Below are positions 9,949 to 19,424 of a stretch of DNA of 64,000 nt, one piece after another. The DNA lies in IMG/VR virus record IMGVR_UViG_3300042905_004067. One strand, given 5' to 3'. This DNA comes from a virus. Both the position numbers and the translations under genes were made by a program. Each line of letters begins with the position of its first letter. The first letter of the stretch is position 1. The notes under the pieces are model-generated. The model saw only the letters and a list, made by a program, of their open reading frames with translations, was not told the origin of the DNA and searched no databases.

Positions 9949-10503
9949 TTAAGAGGTTGGGCTTTGTGCTTCGTAAGTATAATGACTATAAGAAATAGCG
10001 ACTTGAAATTGTGCTGTTTGATTTGCTGCTGCCATATCTAGCGAAACTGGTCCAACCTGTGTTGGCCATGCATTTCTTAAAATTATTTTCTTTAAGAATG
10101 CATCAGACTGATGATCTAAATGTTCAACAGTAAGATCAACGCAGAAATTGCTAACGTGTCTTCTGTCTTGTGCTACGTTATCTTCATGGCTGTTAAACAA
10201 CTCTGACCATGCATGGAATGCATCCCAAGTGCTACTTGCACCAGTATCATCCAGTACTGTTACATTCCAGTCGTTATATACCCTGTCGCCTGGAAATTTG
10301 TAAATTCTTCCTCTAAACGGAATTGGTATATTTCCTACTATGCTTTCTGGTAGAGTTGCTGCAACGCAATGTGTGTCGATGAATAATCCGTTTCCACCAG
10401 TTGCTAAATTACTTGGTGGGGTTGCAGTAATTCTAAATCTATTTGGACGAGTACCACCTTGAAACTTGTCCTGAAACGTGGAAATTGAGTGAATTGTTGC
10501 CAT
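9949..10503 (-). CDS. gp19: Tail tube protein gp19
   Basis: GGTRPNRF, PFRGR....GDR.Y..W.VTV, AWPT.VG. Confidence 0.92.
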   Translation of the reverse strand: MATIHSISTFQDKFQGGTRPNRFRITATPPSNLATGGNGLFIDTHCVAATLPESIVGNIPIPFRGRIYKFPGDRVYNDWNVTVLDDTGASSTWDAFHAWSELFNSHEDNVAQDRRHVSNFCVDLTVEHLDHQSDAFLKKIILRNAWPTQVGPVSLDMAAANQTAQFQVAISYSHYTYEAQSPTS

Positions 10504-10529
10504 TTTGTCTCCTGTGTTTTACTTATTTA

Positions 10530-11687
10530 TTATAAAACGGCATCAGTATTTAGGTTAGTAATTCTAAGTTTGACGAAGTTTACAGACTTTGTTGGTTTGA
10601 TGAATACATCAGCAACAAATTGATTTGAGTCTATAATTGAGGCTGGATTATTTGATTCATCACATACAACTCTATAATCAAATATTCCTCTTCCTTCTTT
10701 AATTTGCTGTAAGAATCCATTTGCAGAATTAGCAAACAGAGATCGTGTTCCTGCGTCGTTTACTTCGAACAAAACAGAACGAGCAGATCGTCCCAAAGTT
10801 TGTTTAATGTAATTAATTAGACGAACTACATTTACTCTTGTGAGACTTGATGTGCTTGTTGCTTCTCTTGTCTTATCTCCGAATAGATAAGTTCCCTCGC
10901 CAGGAATACCGATTACAGAATTAATTTCAGCATCATCGTAAAGTGCATCTTGTTCAGATGCTTTTGGATTCTTTACAAGACGAACTACATTTAGTATTCT
11001 TCCGCGACGAGTTCCGGCCGGAGATGACCAAAGAGTTGCATCTCTATCGGTTCTAGCAAAACATCCAGCAACATCTGATGCGAGTGGAATTGTAACGAAG
11101 TTTTCACCAACAGTTTGATTTGACAAACCAAGCATTACTTTTTCACCACCTACTAAGAATGCTTTGTTATCAGTGGTTGCATCTGCAACTGATGGGAATG
11201 CTGTTACACCAGATACTGCGGTTCCGCTTGCATAACCAGCATAAGTTACACCCACAACACCGATTGTTGTATCTCTTTCTGCAATTGTGTTTAGTACTGC
11301 CGAGACATGTGTTGTGTTGATTTGAGATGTGAAAACAGTATCTAATTGAATGTTTGTATCAAAAAACGCAGTTGAAGTTTCTGCAATTCTAAGAACACCA
11401 CCGTATGAGAGGTAATTATAAGCAGAATACCAATCCTGCTTCCAATCTCCGGTTGGTCCTGGTCCGGTGGCTCCACCATATGTTGTTCCATTTAGCAAAC
11501 CAATCCAGTCTGCTAAACTTTCAACTGTCATATAATCATTATCTTTATCTGCTGTTACCCCGAATAGAGTAACTAAACTTGGGGTGCTGAGGCTGAACAT
11601 GCCTGAAATGTGAGCACTTCCTCCCTCTGAACCAGCGACTACGAATGAATTGTCAATTACGGTTACGCTTACGTTTGGTCTTGCCAT
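10530..11687 (-). CDS. gp18: Tail sheath protein gp18 (unusually short, 385 aa)
   Basis: WSSPAG.RRG, FGDKT, RVNVVRL, VVCDESNN...ID.NQFVAD.FIKP.KS.NF. Confidence 0.93.
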   Translation of the reverse strand: MARPNVSVTVIDNSFVVAGSEGGSAHISGMFSLSTPSLVTLFGVTADKDNDYMTVESLADWIGLLNGTTYGGATGPGPTGDWKQDWYSAYNYLSYGGVLRIAETSTAFFDTNIQLDTVFTSQINTTHVSAVLNTIAERDTTIGVVGVTYAGYASGTAVSGVTAFPSVADATTDNKAFLVGGEKVMLGLSNQTVGENFVTIPLASDVAGCFARTDRDATLWSSPAGTRRGRILNVVRLVKNPKASEQDALYDDAEINSVIGIPGEGTYLFGDKTREATSTSSLTRVNVVRLINYIKQTLGRSARSVLFEVNDAGTRSLFANSANGFLQQIKEGRGIFDYRVVCDESNNPASIIDSNQFVADVFIKPTKSVNFVKLRITNLNTDAVL

Positions 11688-11732
11688 TTTTATCTCCTAG
11701 AGATGCCTTACTAGGGGTATTTATTTAATTCG

Positions 11733-13397
11733 TTATTTCCACTCGTCTGCTTTCCATAAATCCTTTCCGTCTGAAAATGTCTTCATATCTTCGTCTTCGT
11801 AGGAGGAAATAAACCCAAAAGGCGCCAAATCGTCCTCAAGTTGTTTAATTTCATTTTTATATAAAGCAAGTCTGGTGTCCAGATTAGTTAATTCTTTAAA
11901 ATAGGGTTGTCTTGATAACCAGGCAAAAAGAACTAGAGACATTACTAAATCGTCCGTATGACCATCTTCCGCACCATAAGTCTGTGCTTTACTGACAAAT
12001 GACATCAATTCTGTCAGAATATCGTAATCTTCCAACATTAATTTGTCTTGTTCAATCATATTCTTTAGTACTGAACATCCAACTCGTTTTACCTGACTTG
12101 TCGTTCTTACTCCAAATACACTCTCTCCTTTTCCGAAACCGCCACTAACAACCTGTCCTTTTCTACCCTTCATGCTAGTCATAAGAACATGTTCATATTC
12201 AAGTTCACTGTGTAAAATATCAGCAACCTGTCCACCAATGTCATTGATCTCTATAAAGACATATGCTTTATTGTACTTGTAAGCGGCTTTTTCGATAACA
12301 GTAGGAAATAACATGGGTGATATAATATTATTTCTAAATTTACATACCAGTTTATACGGAGAAGTTGTGGCATCTATTACCGTAAATGCACTATAGTCTT
12401 TTCCCTGTCCTCTGGCAGTATCTACAGTTATAAAGTACAAATGATCTTCTATTGGTTGTTCATAAACAGTAAGACCATCTTTAGTAACATATTCTGGTTC
12501 TTTCCATGACATTGTATTTAATTTTGATGTAGAAATTAATGTGTTTGAAGATCCCAAAAAGTTACATTCAAATTCGGATTCGAACTGCTTTTCCGAAGTT
12601 TGTTTGATCATTTCCTCTTTCCACTTTTGATCTCTTAATTTTCCTCCAGATGTTACTGGAACTTGAGACCAGTGTACTTCAATTGGAACATATTCATTTT
12701 TTGTTGGATCTCCCTCTTTTCGAGTCGCACCCTTCCAAAGTTTATAAAACATATTAAGACCATTAGGTGTAGAGATAATTAAAACTTTGGTGCTAACACC
12801 AGAAGTAATTGTTGGAAACACAGAACTAAAGAATTCTTCTGCAATATTTTGGGGAACGAACGCAAACTCATCAAGAAATAACATGTTAAATGATCCACCA
12901 CGCACAGCGGATGCTGACGTAGAAGATGCTAAAATTTTAGAACCATTTTCTAATTGAATAGATCCTTTATTCCATTCTAAAATTCCTTGTTGAATCCATT
13001 TAGGTAAATACTCATATGCTAATTTTAGACGAGACAACATTTCTCTTGCCGTGGATTGTTTGTTTGCAAGAATTGCAACACTCATGTTTTGATTAAACAA
13101 AATATAATGTAGAATATAACCAATAACAGTTGTAGATTTTCCAGACTGACGAGGTAGTTTTGCTATGATATATCGGTTATCATGAAATTTTCGAACCATG
13201 TCCTGTTGGTAATCATAAAGATCAAAAGGAACAAGACCCTTATCAAGAGTTACGATTTTTATGTAATTTTTAATAAAGTAAACAGGATCGTTCGCACATT
13301 TAAGATATTCATCAATCTGTTCTTTAGTAAATTCAATTTTTACCCCAGGTCCTTTTAGGTTGGGATTTCCAAGATAACTTTTATCTTTGCTCGTCAT
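11733..13397 (-). CDS. gp17: Terminase large subunit gp17
   Basis: YLGNPNLK, PRQSGKST Walker A, FLDEFAF Walker B, STPNG, DDLVM nuclease motif. Confidence 0.97.
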   Translation of the reverse strand: MTSKDKSYLGNPNLKGPGVKIEFTKEQIDEYLKCANDPVYFIKNYIKIVTLDKGLVPFDLYDYQQDMVRKFHDNRYIIAKLPRQSGKSTTVIGYILHYILFNQNMSVAILANKQSTAREMLSRLKLAYEYLPKWIQQGILEWNKGSIQLENGSKILASSTSASAVRGGSFNMLFLDEFAFVPQNIAEEFFSSVFPTITSGVSTKVLIISTPNGLNMFYKLWKGATRKEGDPTKNEYVPIEVHWSQVPVTSGGKLRDQKWKEEMIKQTSEKQFESEFECNFLGSSNTLISTSKLNTMSWKEPEYVTKDGLTVYEQPIEDHLYFITVDTARGQGKDYSAFTVIDATTSPYKLVCKFRNNIISPMLFPTVIEKAAYKYNKAYVFIEINDIGGQVADILHSELEYEHVLMTSMKGRKGQVVSGGFGKGESVFGVRTTSQVKRVGCSVLKNMIEQDKLMLEDYDILTELMSFVSKAQTYGAEDGHTDDLVMSLVLFAWLSRQPYFKELTNLDTRLALYKNEIKQLEDDLAPFGFISSYEDEDMKTFSDGKDLWKADEWK

Positions 13398-13833
13398 TAT
13401 CTAAAGCCTTTTTTCTACTTCTGGACTGATTCACTATGTCCTGAAGATCACTTGTTGAACCAACATAAATTGCATTGGTTGTTTTATTATTTACCGTAAT
13501 TTCTTCTTTTTGAATATTTTTCTTTTGCTGATGCAGATCAATTAAATCTTTATTCATTTCAGCAAGTTGTTTTGCAAAATTAGAAACTACTTCGAATCCT
13601 CTGGGAGAGTCTAAACTTTCTGCCAAAGATATGGCATTTTCAAGACTATCTTTTCCCTTTTCTATGAGTTCTTTTAAATTCTGTCTAGCATATTCAAAAT
13701 CTGAATCAATTTTTTTAGTATCTTGTGGTTCTTTTGGTTGAACTGGAACAAGAACTTCTTTTGGGTTTGATTTAAAATCTACACCTAGACTTTGAGATAT
13801 AGAATTAAAAACATTTGGAACATCATCTGTCAT
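13381..13833 (-). CDS. gp16: Terminase small subunit gp16
   Basis: DFEYARQNL, SPRGFEV, NAIYVGSTSDLQ. Confidence 0.9.
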   Translation of the reverse strand: MTDDVPNVFNSISQSLGVDFKSNPKEVLVPVQPKEPQDTKKIDSDFEYARQNLKELIEKGKDSLENAISLAESLDSPRGFEVVSNFAKQLAEMNKDLIDLHQQKKNIQKEEITVNNKTTNAIYVGSTSDLQDIVNQSRSRKKALDNDEQR

Positions 13834-14498
13834 AGTGTGTCATCCTCCAAGATATCGATATTCATTTCTTTAATAATTCCAGAATCACTTTCTTTAATCT
13901 TGGAATATATGTAAGCCTTTGCGGTAAATTGTAAACTAGTATATAATTCTCTTCTTGTAGAAAAATCACCAGTGGTAAACTGATCATTAAATGATACGTT
14001 GTTCAATACAATAGGAACGTCTATTTTTGTATCCAATTCATTCATCTTTAAAGTAACAACAAACTCTGGAGAAAAATAAGGTATAACTTGCTCAACTATT
14101 TGAAGACTGTCATCAACGTTTCTTGCAAAAACATGTAAGTAATATTGAACGTTATATGGAACTTCAACAAAAGATTGATATGTGGTGGCTTCTGCTCCAG
14201 TTCCAACCGTTTTGACTTTTTTGTTTATTTTGTTAACTTTTCGCTGAGGATCATATTGAATAGTAGTTAATTCAAATGCTAATCTTGGAAGCATTGTTTC
14301 AATTTTTACATTATTTGAAATAGAACTTGCTTCAGTTAATCTTCTAACAAATTTTTCTTTTCCAGAGTAAGTTAAAGGGACACGCTTTCTCTCTTCCATC
14401 CCGGTGGATGTTTCTTTTGATACATAAATTTCATCAAATAAACCACCAAACGCTAATGTTAGTTTTTTAAGTGTATGATTGTAAAAATATTGAAACAT
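13830..14498 (-). CDS. gp15: Tail sheath stabiliser / terminator gp15
   Basis: MF.YFY, AFGGLF, VPLTY..KEKF, LPRLAFE, QIVEQVIPYF.P. Confidence 0.92.
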   Translation of the reverse strand: MFQYFYNHTLKKLTLAFGGLFDEIYVSKETSTGMEERKRVPLTYSGKEKFVRRLTEASSISNNVKIETMLPRLAFELTTIQYDPQRKVNKINKKVKTVGTGAEATTYQSFVEVPYNVQYYLHVFARNVDDSLQIVEQVIPYFSPEFVVTLKMNELDTKIDVPIVLNNVSFNDQFTTGDFSTRRELYTSLQFTAKAYIYSKIKESDSGIIKEMNIDILEDDTL

Positions 14499-15412
14499 TA
14501 ATAAGTTCCTTCAGAGAATGGATCTATTTCGGTAAAATCATAAATCTTCATAGAATCACCTTCACTCTTAATATCTTCATTATCTCCTACTTCAAACGTT
14601 GTGACCGGTGTAATTGGAATAATCAAATTACTTCCAGTAATTCCTGAAACATAGTATTCTGCTCCGGAATCTTTTCCTCGTATAGACTGAGATCCATATA
14701 AGAATGAGCCACTAATTCCATATATTTCCATTGTATCGGTGCTGCTGTAGAATTTAACTACCTTTGCTTCTGCGGTTGCATTAGCATAATTACCTCCAGT
14801 AACACCAGCCACCTGAAACACGGTTTCTCCATCGTAAAATATTTTACCGGATGATATTTCACTAGAGAATGTAAATATGGAAATAGATGCTTTATTTTCT
14901 GTTTCTACAACATCAATATCAGTATCACCAGTTTCAAATTCATCATTATCAATTGTTGTAAGTTCACATGTTAATGCATAAGTGTATAACTTTCCTGCTT
15001 GATAAAATGGATTTTCATGTTCAACGAAGTTAATTTCAAATAAACCTTTTGTCAGAGGAAAATAAATTAAATCACCTTCTCTTGGTCTGGTTATCGTGTC
15101 ATAATGATCGGATACTTCTTGTTTAAATCTTTTTCTGGAAAGAATAATAATTGCTTTATCTCTAACTTCTAAACCAAATTTAGAAACTATATCTCCCTCG
15201 CCTTCAAAGCCATTAACAGTAGCAATATACATTTCTATAGGAAATGATTTACTAAACTTATAACGAGCCTCACCGAACTCTTCTTCGATGTTGTACTGTT
15301 CTCTTGGAATATAAAGCATATCTCTGCCCATCGTTTTGATGATCTCTATTGAGAGATCTTCGATGACATTTTGCTCTCCAGAATAATCTTTGAAGTATGG
15401 ATTTCTTGCCAT
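14498..15412 (-). CDS. gp14: Neck protein gp14
   Basis: SKFGLEVRD, RPREGDLIYFP, FEINFVEHENPFYQ. Confidence 0.92.
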   Translation of the reverse strand: MARNPYFKDYSGEQNVIEDLSIEIIKTMGRDMLYIPREQYNIEEEFGEARYKFSKSFPIEMYIATVNGFEGEGDIVSKFGLEVRDKAIIILSRKRFKQEVSDHYDTITRPREGDLIYFPLTKGLFEINFVEHENPFYQAGKLYTYALTCELTTIDNDEFETGDTDIDVVETENKASISIFTFSSEISSGKIFYDGETVFQVAGVTGGNYANATAEAKVVKFYSSTDTMEIYGISGSFLYGSQSIRGKDSGAEYYVSGITGSNLIIPITPVTTFEVGDNEDIKSEGDSMKIYDFTEIDPFSEGTY

Positions 15413-15413
15413 A

Positions 15414-16220
15414 TTATCCCATCATGAAGTTTATTGGTAGTTCGTATTCAAGTTGAACTTGTTGTTCTATTAGTTCGATTTCCTGCATTGCTTCTTGAAC
15501 AATTTCAGGACCACGAAGAGTTACACCACCCGGAAGTTGAACACCACCAAACTTAGACATATTCATGCCCCATTGTCTTTTTATGAGAGCAGTTAAATAT
15601 TTCTTTAGAAGTCGATCATTGTATATCTCAGTAAATTTGTCTGGGCTTAAATTAACATATGCTTCGATCATCAAATTAGAACCAGCAATTAATTCTTGTT
15701 GCCAATTCATTTCTATATGAAGTTTATTTGTGACTTTACTAAACCGAATTGTCTTCTCTGGTTGAAATAGATCTTGAATTAAATTAATATAACGTTTGGT
15801 GCTGTCATACTGACCAAGACCCATATTTCGACTCGACATCAGATTAGTATTAATACCGAAGTAATCTGTTAAAGCCATTTGATAACGAATATCAAACATT
15901 GAAATATTACTGAAGGGTCCAAATTGAAACACTTTTACTATGGATAAAATGTCTGCTCCGGTTGGACCATCTCCACCAAATCCATTTACAGGACCTAAAG
16001 CATCAGTATCAATATACTGATTGGTTATATCTTGTGCTGTAACTGGATATAGAAAGAATGCTTTTTCAACACCATCAAAGTGTCTCTCTGAGAAATACTG
16101 CAAAGCATCATCTAATCTATCCTCACACTGTTGCCAATCAACGTTGATATCCACAACTGGTGCGCCCAGTTGACGTAAACTATACTCAATTAAAGTTTGT
16201 CTTGAGTTTGGTGCAGCCAT
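15414..16220 (-). CDS. gp13: Neck protein gp13
   Basis: LRQLGAPVVDINV, HFDG, LIKRQWG.N.SKF.GVQLPGGVTL.G. Confidence 0.93.
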   Translation of the reverse strand: MAAPNSRQTLIEYSLRQLGAPVVDINVDWQQCEDRLDDALQYFSERHFDGVEKAFFLYPVTAQDITNQYIDTDALGPVNGFGGDGPTGADILSIVKVFQFGPFSNISMFDIRYQMALTDYFGINTNLMSSRNMGLGQYDSTKRYINLIQDLFQPEKTIRFSKVTNKLHIEMNWQQELIAGSNLMIEAYVNLSPDKFTEIYNDRLLKKYLTALIKRQWGMNMSKFGGVQLPGGVTLRGPEIVQEAMQEIELIEQQVQLEYELPINFMMG

Positions 16221-16256
16221 AAATTCTCCTTAAAGGTATTTATGGCTTTTACTTTA

Positions 16257-16847
16257 TTACTGCAAGGGTTCTGTGTTGAGTTGTTGCTGTTTTTGTTCAG
16301 CCATTTTTGCTTCGCGTTCTTCCATAGCCTTTTTCATTGCTTCGGGCATTTCTGGAAGAGTGACGGGCAATTTGTTTAAATCCTCAAACGAGATATTTTC
16401 AATGTAATATTTTCTCGTAATTGGAGAAATGGCTTCATCTGGTTTACTTGCTGAATAGTTTGTAAACCCAGGCATGGTAATTGGGCAGTTCAACTTTGGA
16501 TAATCCAATTTACTGTAATCATTACCATTTGCAACCAACCAAGTTCCTTGTCTATCACCGCATCCACAACCACCGCAGTAATATTGTCCTTGTGTCTTAC
16601 TTTCTTTGAGATGTTCGCATGGGGGCAAAACTCCACCCAAATGCTTGTCACCAAAGCAACTCAAAACACGAAGTTGTTTTGTCGCTTTGTTTATCTTTTT
16701 CTCATTTAGACCACGAGAAGTCAAAGACATGGCAAAACTTTGAATCATGCCTATTTTCTTTGAAATTACTGATTTCCCATCTGGGACTGCTACGCTACGA
16801 AACTCAATAGGATTTGGTTTATTAGAACAGGTATTTTCTTCACTCAT
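16257..16847 (-). CDS. Cys-rich hypothetical protein, possible metal-binding
   Basis: C..PCEH..YYCGGCGCGD..KLNCP cluster. Confidence 0.6.
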   Translation of the reverse strand: MSEENTCSNKPNPIEFRSVAVPDGKSVISKKIGMIQSFAMSLTSRGLNEKKINKATKQLRVLSCFGDKHLGGVLPPCEHLKESKTQGQYYCGGCGCGDRQGTWLVANGNDYSKLDYPKLNCPITMPGFTNYSASKPDEAISPITRKYYIENISFEDLNKLPVTLPEMPEAMKKAMEEREAKMAEQKQQQLNTEPLQ

Positions 16848-16852
16848 AATAA

Positions 16853-19423
16853 TTACTCCAATTCAATTCTTCTTATTAGTCGAACATTTACTTTATCTGT
16901 TCGTGGTACTAAGTATATAGACCCGTAATCTACCTTCTTAAAACTTTGTCCGTACATAAAGGCTTTATCATTAAATATTTGATCATCTATGTTATAGGTT
17001 GTATCTGTATTTACTCTGAAGAATGGGGTAGAAGTTAAGTATACCGCACTATTCATGGATTTAAACACTTCTGGAATAAAGAAACCGTGATTGATTTTTA
17101 AATTAATAAATTCTAATTCATTTTTAGATGGAAGATACCAGCCAGAAAGACGAGAACGGTCTCTTAGGTTCTCCATTGCCTTTCCTTGTATACCGTAATA
17201 AACTTCATTATCACCATAAGTATTCCATAAACCATCATACAGAGATGCAGGAATTGTTTCTAATTGTTCTCTTTTTCCTTTTATGGCTTCTAATTCAAAA
17301 TCAAATGGTGCTACTATAATTGCCCATTTTTTGGCAGTTGTTCCATATCCAACAATACTTGGTTTGTAGTTTACTGCCGGTCCTGTGAATGGTCTTCCAT
17401 TTACAGTTGATCCTTCATAGTTTAGTGGAGAACCAGGCTCAAATATTCCAACATATAACCCATCTTGATAATATGTTAATTCTGAATCTGGTAGAGTATC
17501 CTGTACTTGAACCGATCTTAAAGGAGCATTTCTTTCGCAATTTGCGTCTGTACAATCATCACATGTTTCTAGACCCGGATTTTCAGAACAACATATACCT
17601 CCACTTCTGAATCTTCCATCTAGATTTTGACAATTACCTTGTGTAGTTTGTATGCAAGATCCTTGATCGACACATGTACAACAACTTCCGGGTATTTGAT
17701 TGTTGCATACATCAATATCTGGAACAACAGTTGCTTGACATGAGCCATTGACACAGGACAATGAAGTTACATCTGTTATTGAATATGCTGGTTGATTATT
17801 AAAATCATCAATAGATCCTAGTTTTTCAAATTTATTTTCAAAATCAACAGCAAAACAATAATCGTTTGATGGGTCTAAAGGACCAGCACCTTTTATATTA
17901 CTACAAGAAACTAATTTATATTTCTTAGAGCGCACATATGAATTTGGTATTTCATCGTTTAATGAAACACAAGTCATGATTCCATCTTGTTCTATCCCAC
18001 AGAATGTGTGAACACCGAAAGATGCATTTACATATTCTTTAGGTGGCAAACTTCTAATCATGTCTCGAATTTGTTGTAATTCACTAGATTCATCCATGAA
18101 TGGTGAATAATAATCAAATGTATTATCTAACTTTTGACCAGCAAAACCAATTGTTGAATAGTCTTTATCATAAAAATCAAATCCAATTGGAGCAGAATTA
18201 TGTTGATATAATTTTTTTAATTTTAGAGCAGGAGAATAAGTTTTGTATTGTTCTGTATCTGGGTTGTAAAATCTTCCTTGAATTTTTACATTTGGATTTG
18301 TGGTATTTGTTGATGCCCATGCACTAAATGTTCTTGTAGCAATTAAATCTAAAACTGCACCAAGCACATCCCCAACAGGAGATTCTGAAGAATTTTCGAA
18401 TCTAGAAAAAAATCCAGTAGATGCGTAAAATACACCAGTGTTATTTTCAGTTATACCACCAAAATAACCATCATAATATCTTCGTGGTTCTTCTATTTCA
18501 TTTGTATATGATAAACTTCCCGGGCACACTTTTTTAAGTTTAATGTCTCCGGATTTAGCCAAATTTAGTAAATTTGGTACTTCGTTTTCTGGCCAAAAAA
18601 AGCCAGGAAGTAAATAATTTTGCTCACCAGAGATGTTTTGTGTGTTTTGTATAGTTGCAACATAATGAGTAATTTTGTTTAAAAATTTTCCAGAAAAATA
18701 TTTATCATAAAAATCTTCTTTAGCAGAACATCTTTGTGTTGTGCCTGCTCCATACACCCAACAAAATAAATTTGTACCATTATCACATGAATTTAAAACA
18801 TTTAAATTAGTTTCATTCAATTGACATTCAAGAGAAACCGGAATTGTTCCGCCAACAGACTCATCGCACTTTCTTCCATTATTATAGAAAGTAGAAATAT
18901 ATGGAAATATTGTTTTTTCAGCACATTCTTTTTCGTTGCAAACGTCAGTACACTCCGAAGAAATTGTTCCATCATCTTGAACTTCTGGATGACAACATGC
19001 TTTTTTAGGTCTAAAATCAATAACATTGGATTGTTCTGGTGTTCCAGTTTTACACAGAGCATCTATTTGTGTTGGTGTTTGTGTAGAACTGCAATCATAA
19101 TTAAGAGTCCATAATCCACCAATAGATTCACATTCGCACAATGTTGTATTTTTGACATATGTAGAGGTATCTGGGGGAGTAAACAAAGAACATGCACAAC
19201 AACACCCAGTAGATGCCGGAGTAATTGTATTATTTGGATCACATGCTCCGGACATAAAATAACCATTTAACTGATTGCATTGAGATAATGTTGTATCTAC
19301 AAATTGACCTACAGTATTTGTATCAGCATCAAAAACATAACAACAACCAGTGACATTAGTAGTTTGAATATAACTGCTATAATCTACTATTGTTTGAGAT
19401 CTTGTTCTAAAGTTTATAGACAT
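16853..19423 (-). CDS. Cys-rich fibre-like protein with G(A/S)CC repeats and C-terminal DUF1566/Lcl-like domain
   Basis: TGCC/KACC/GSCC repeats; DGLWNT...GWYLPSKNEL...YLTST...VRLIRRI. Confidence 0.7.
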   Translation of the reverse strand: MSINFRTRSQTIVDYSSYIQTTNVTGCCYVFDADTNTVGQFVDTTLSQCNQLNGYFMSGACDPNNTITPASTGCCCACSLFTPPDTSTYVKNTTLCECESIGGLWTLNYDCSSTQTPTQIDALCKTGTPEQSNVIDFRPKKACCHPEVQDDGTISSECTDVCNEKECAEKTIFPYISTFYNNGRKCDESVGGTIPVSLECQLNETNLNVLNSCDNGTNLFCWVYGAGTTQRCSAKEDFYDKYFSGKFLNKITHYVATIQNTQNISGEQNYLLPGFFWPENEVPNLLNLAKSGDIKLKKVCPGSLSYTNEIEEPRRYYDGYFGGITENNTGVFYASTGFFSRFENSSESPVGDVLGAVLDLIATRTFSAWASTNTTNPNVKIQGRFYNPDTEQYKTYSPALKLKKLYQHNSAPIGFDFYDKDYSTIGFAGQKLDNTFDYYSPFMDESSELQQIRDMIRSLPPKEYVNASFGVHTFCGIEQDGIMTCVSLNDEIPNSYVRSKKYKLVSCSNIKGAGPLDPSNDYCFAVDFENKFEKLGSIDDFNNQPAYSITDVTSLSCVNGSCQATVVPDIDVCNNQIPGSCCTCVDQGSCIQTTQGNCQNLDGRFRSGGICCSENPGLETCDDCTDANCERNAPLRSVQVQDTLPDSELTYYQDGLYVGIFEPGSPLNYEGSTVNGRPFTGPAVNYKPSIVGYGTTAKKWAIIVAPFDFELEAIKGKREQLETIPASLYDGLWNTYGDNEVYYGIQGKAMENLRDRSRLSGWYLPSKNELEFINLKINHGFFIPEVFKSMNSAVYLTSTPFFRVNTDTTYNIDDQIFNDKAFMYGQSFKKVDYGSIYLVPRTDKVNVRLIRRIELE

Positions 19424-19424
19424 A

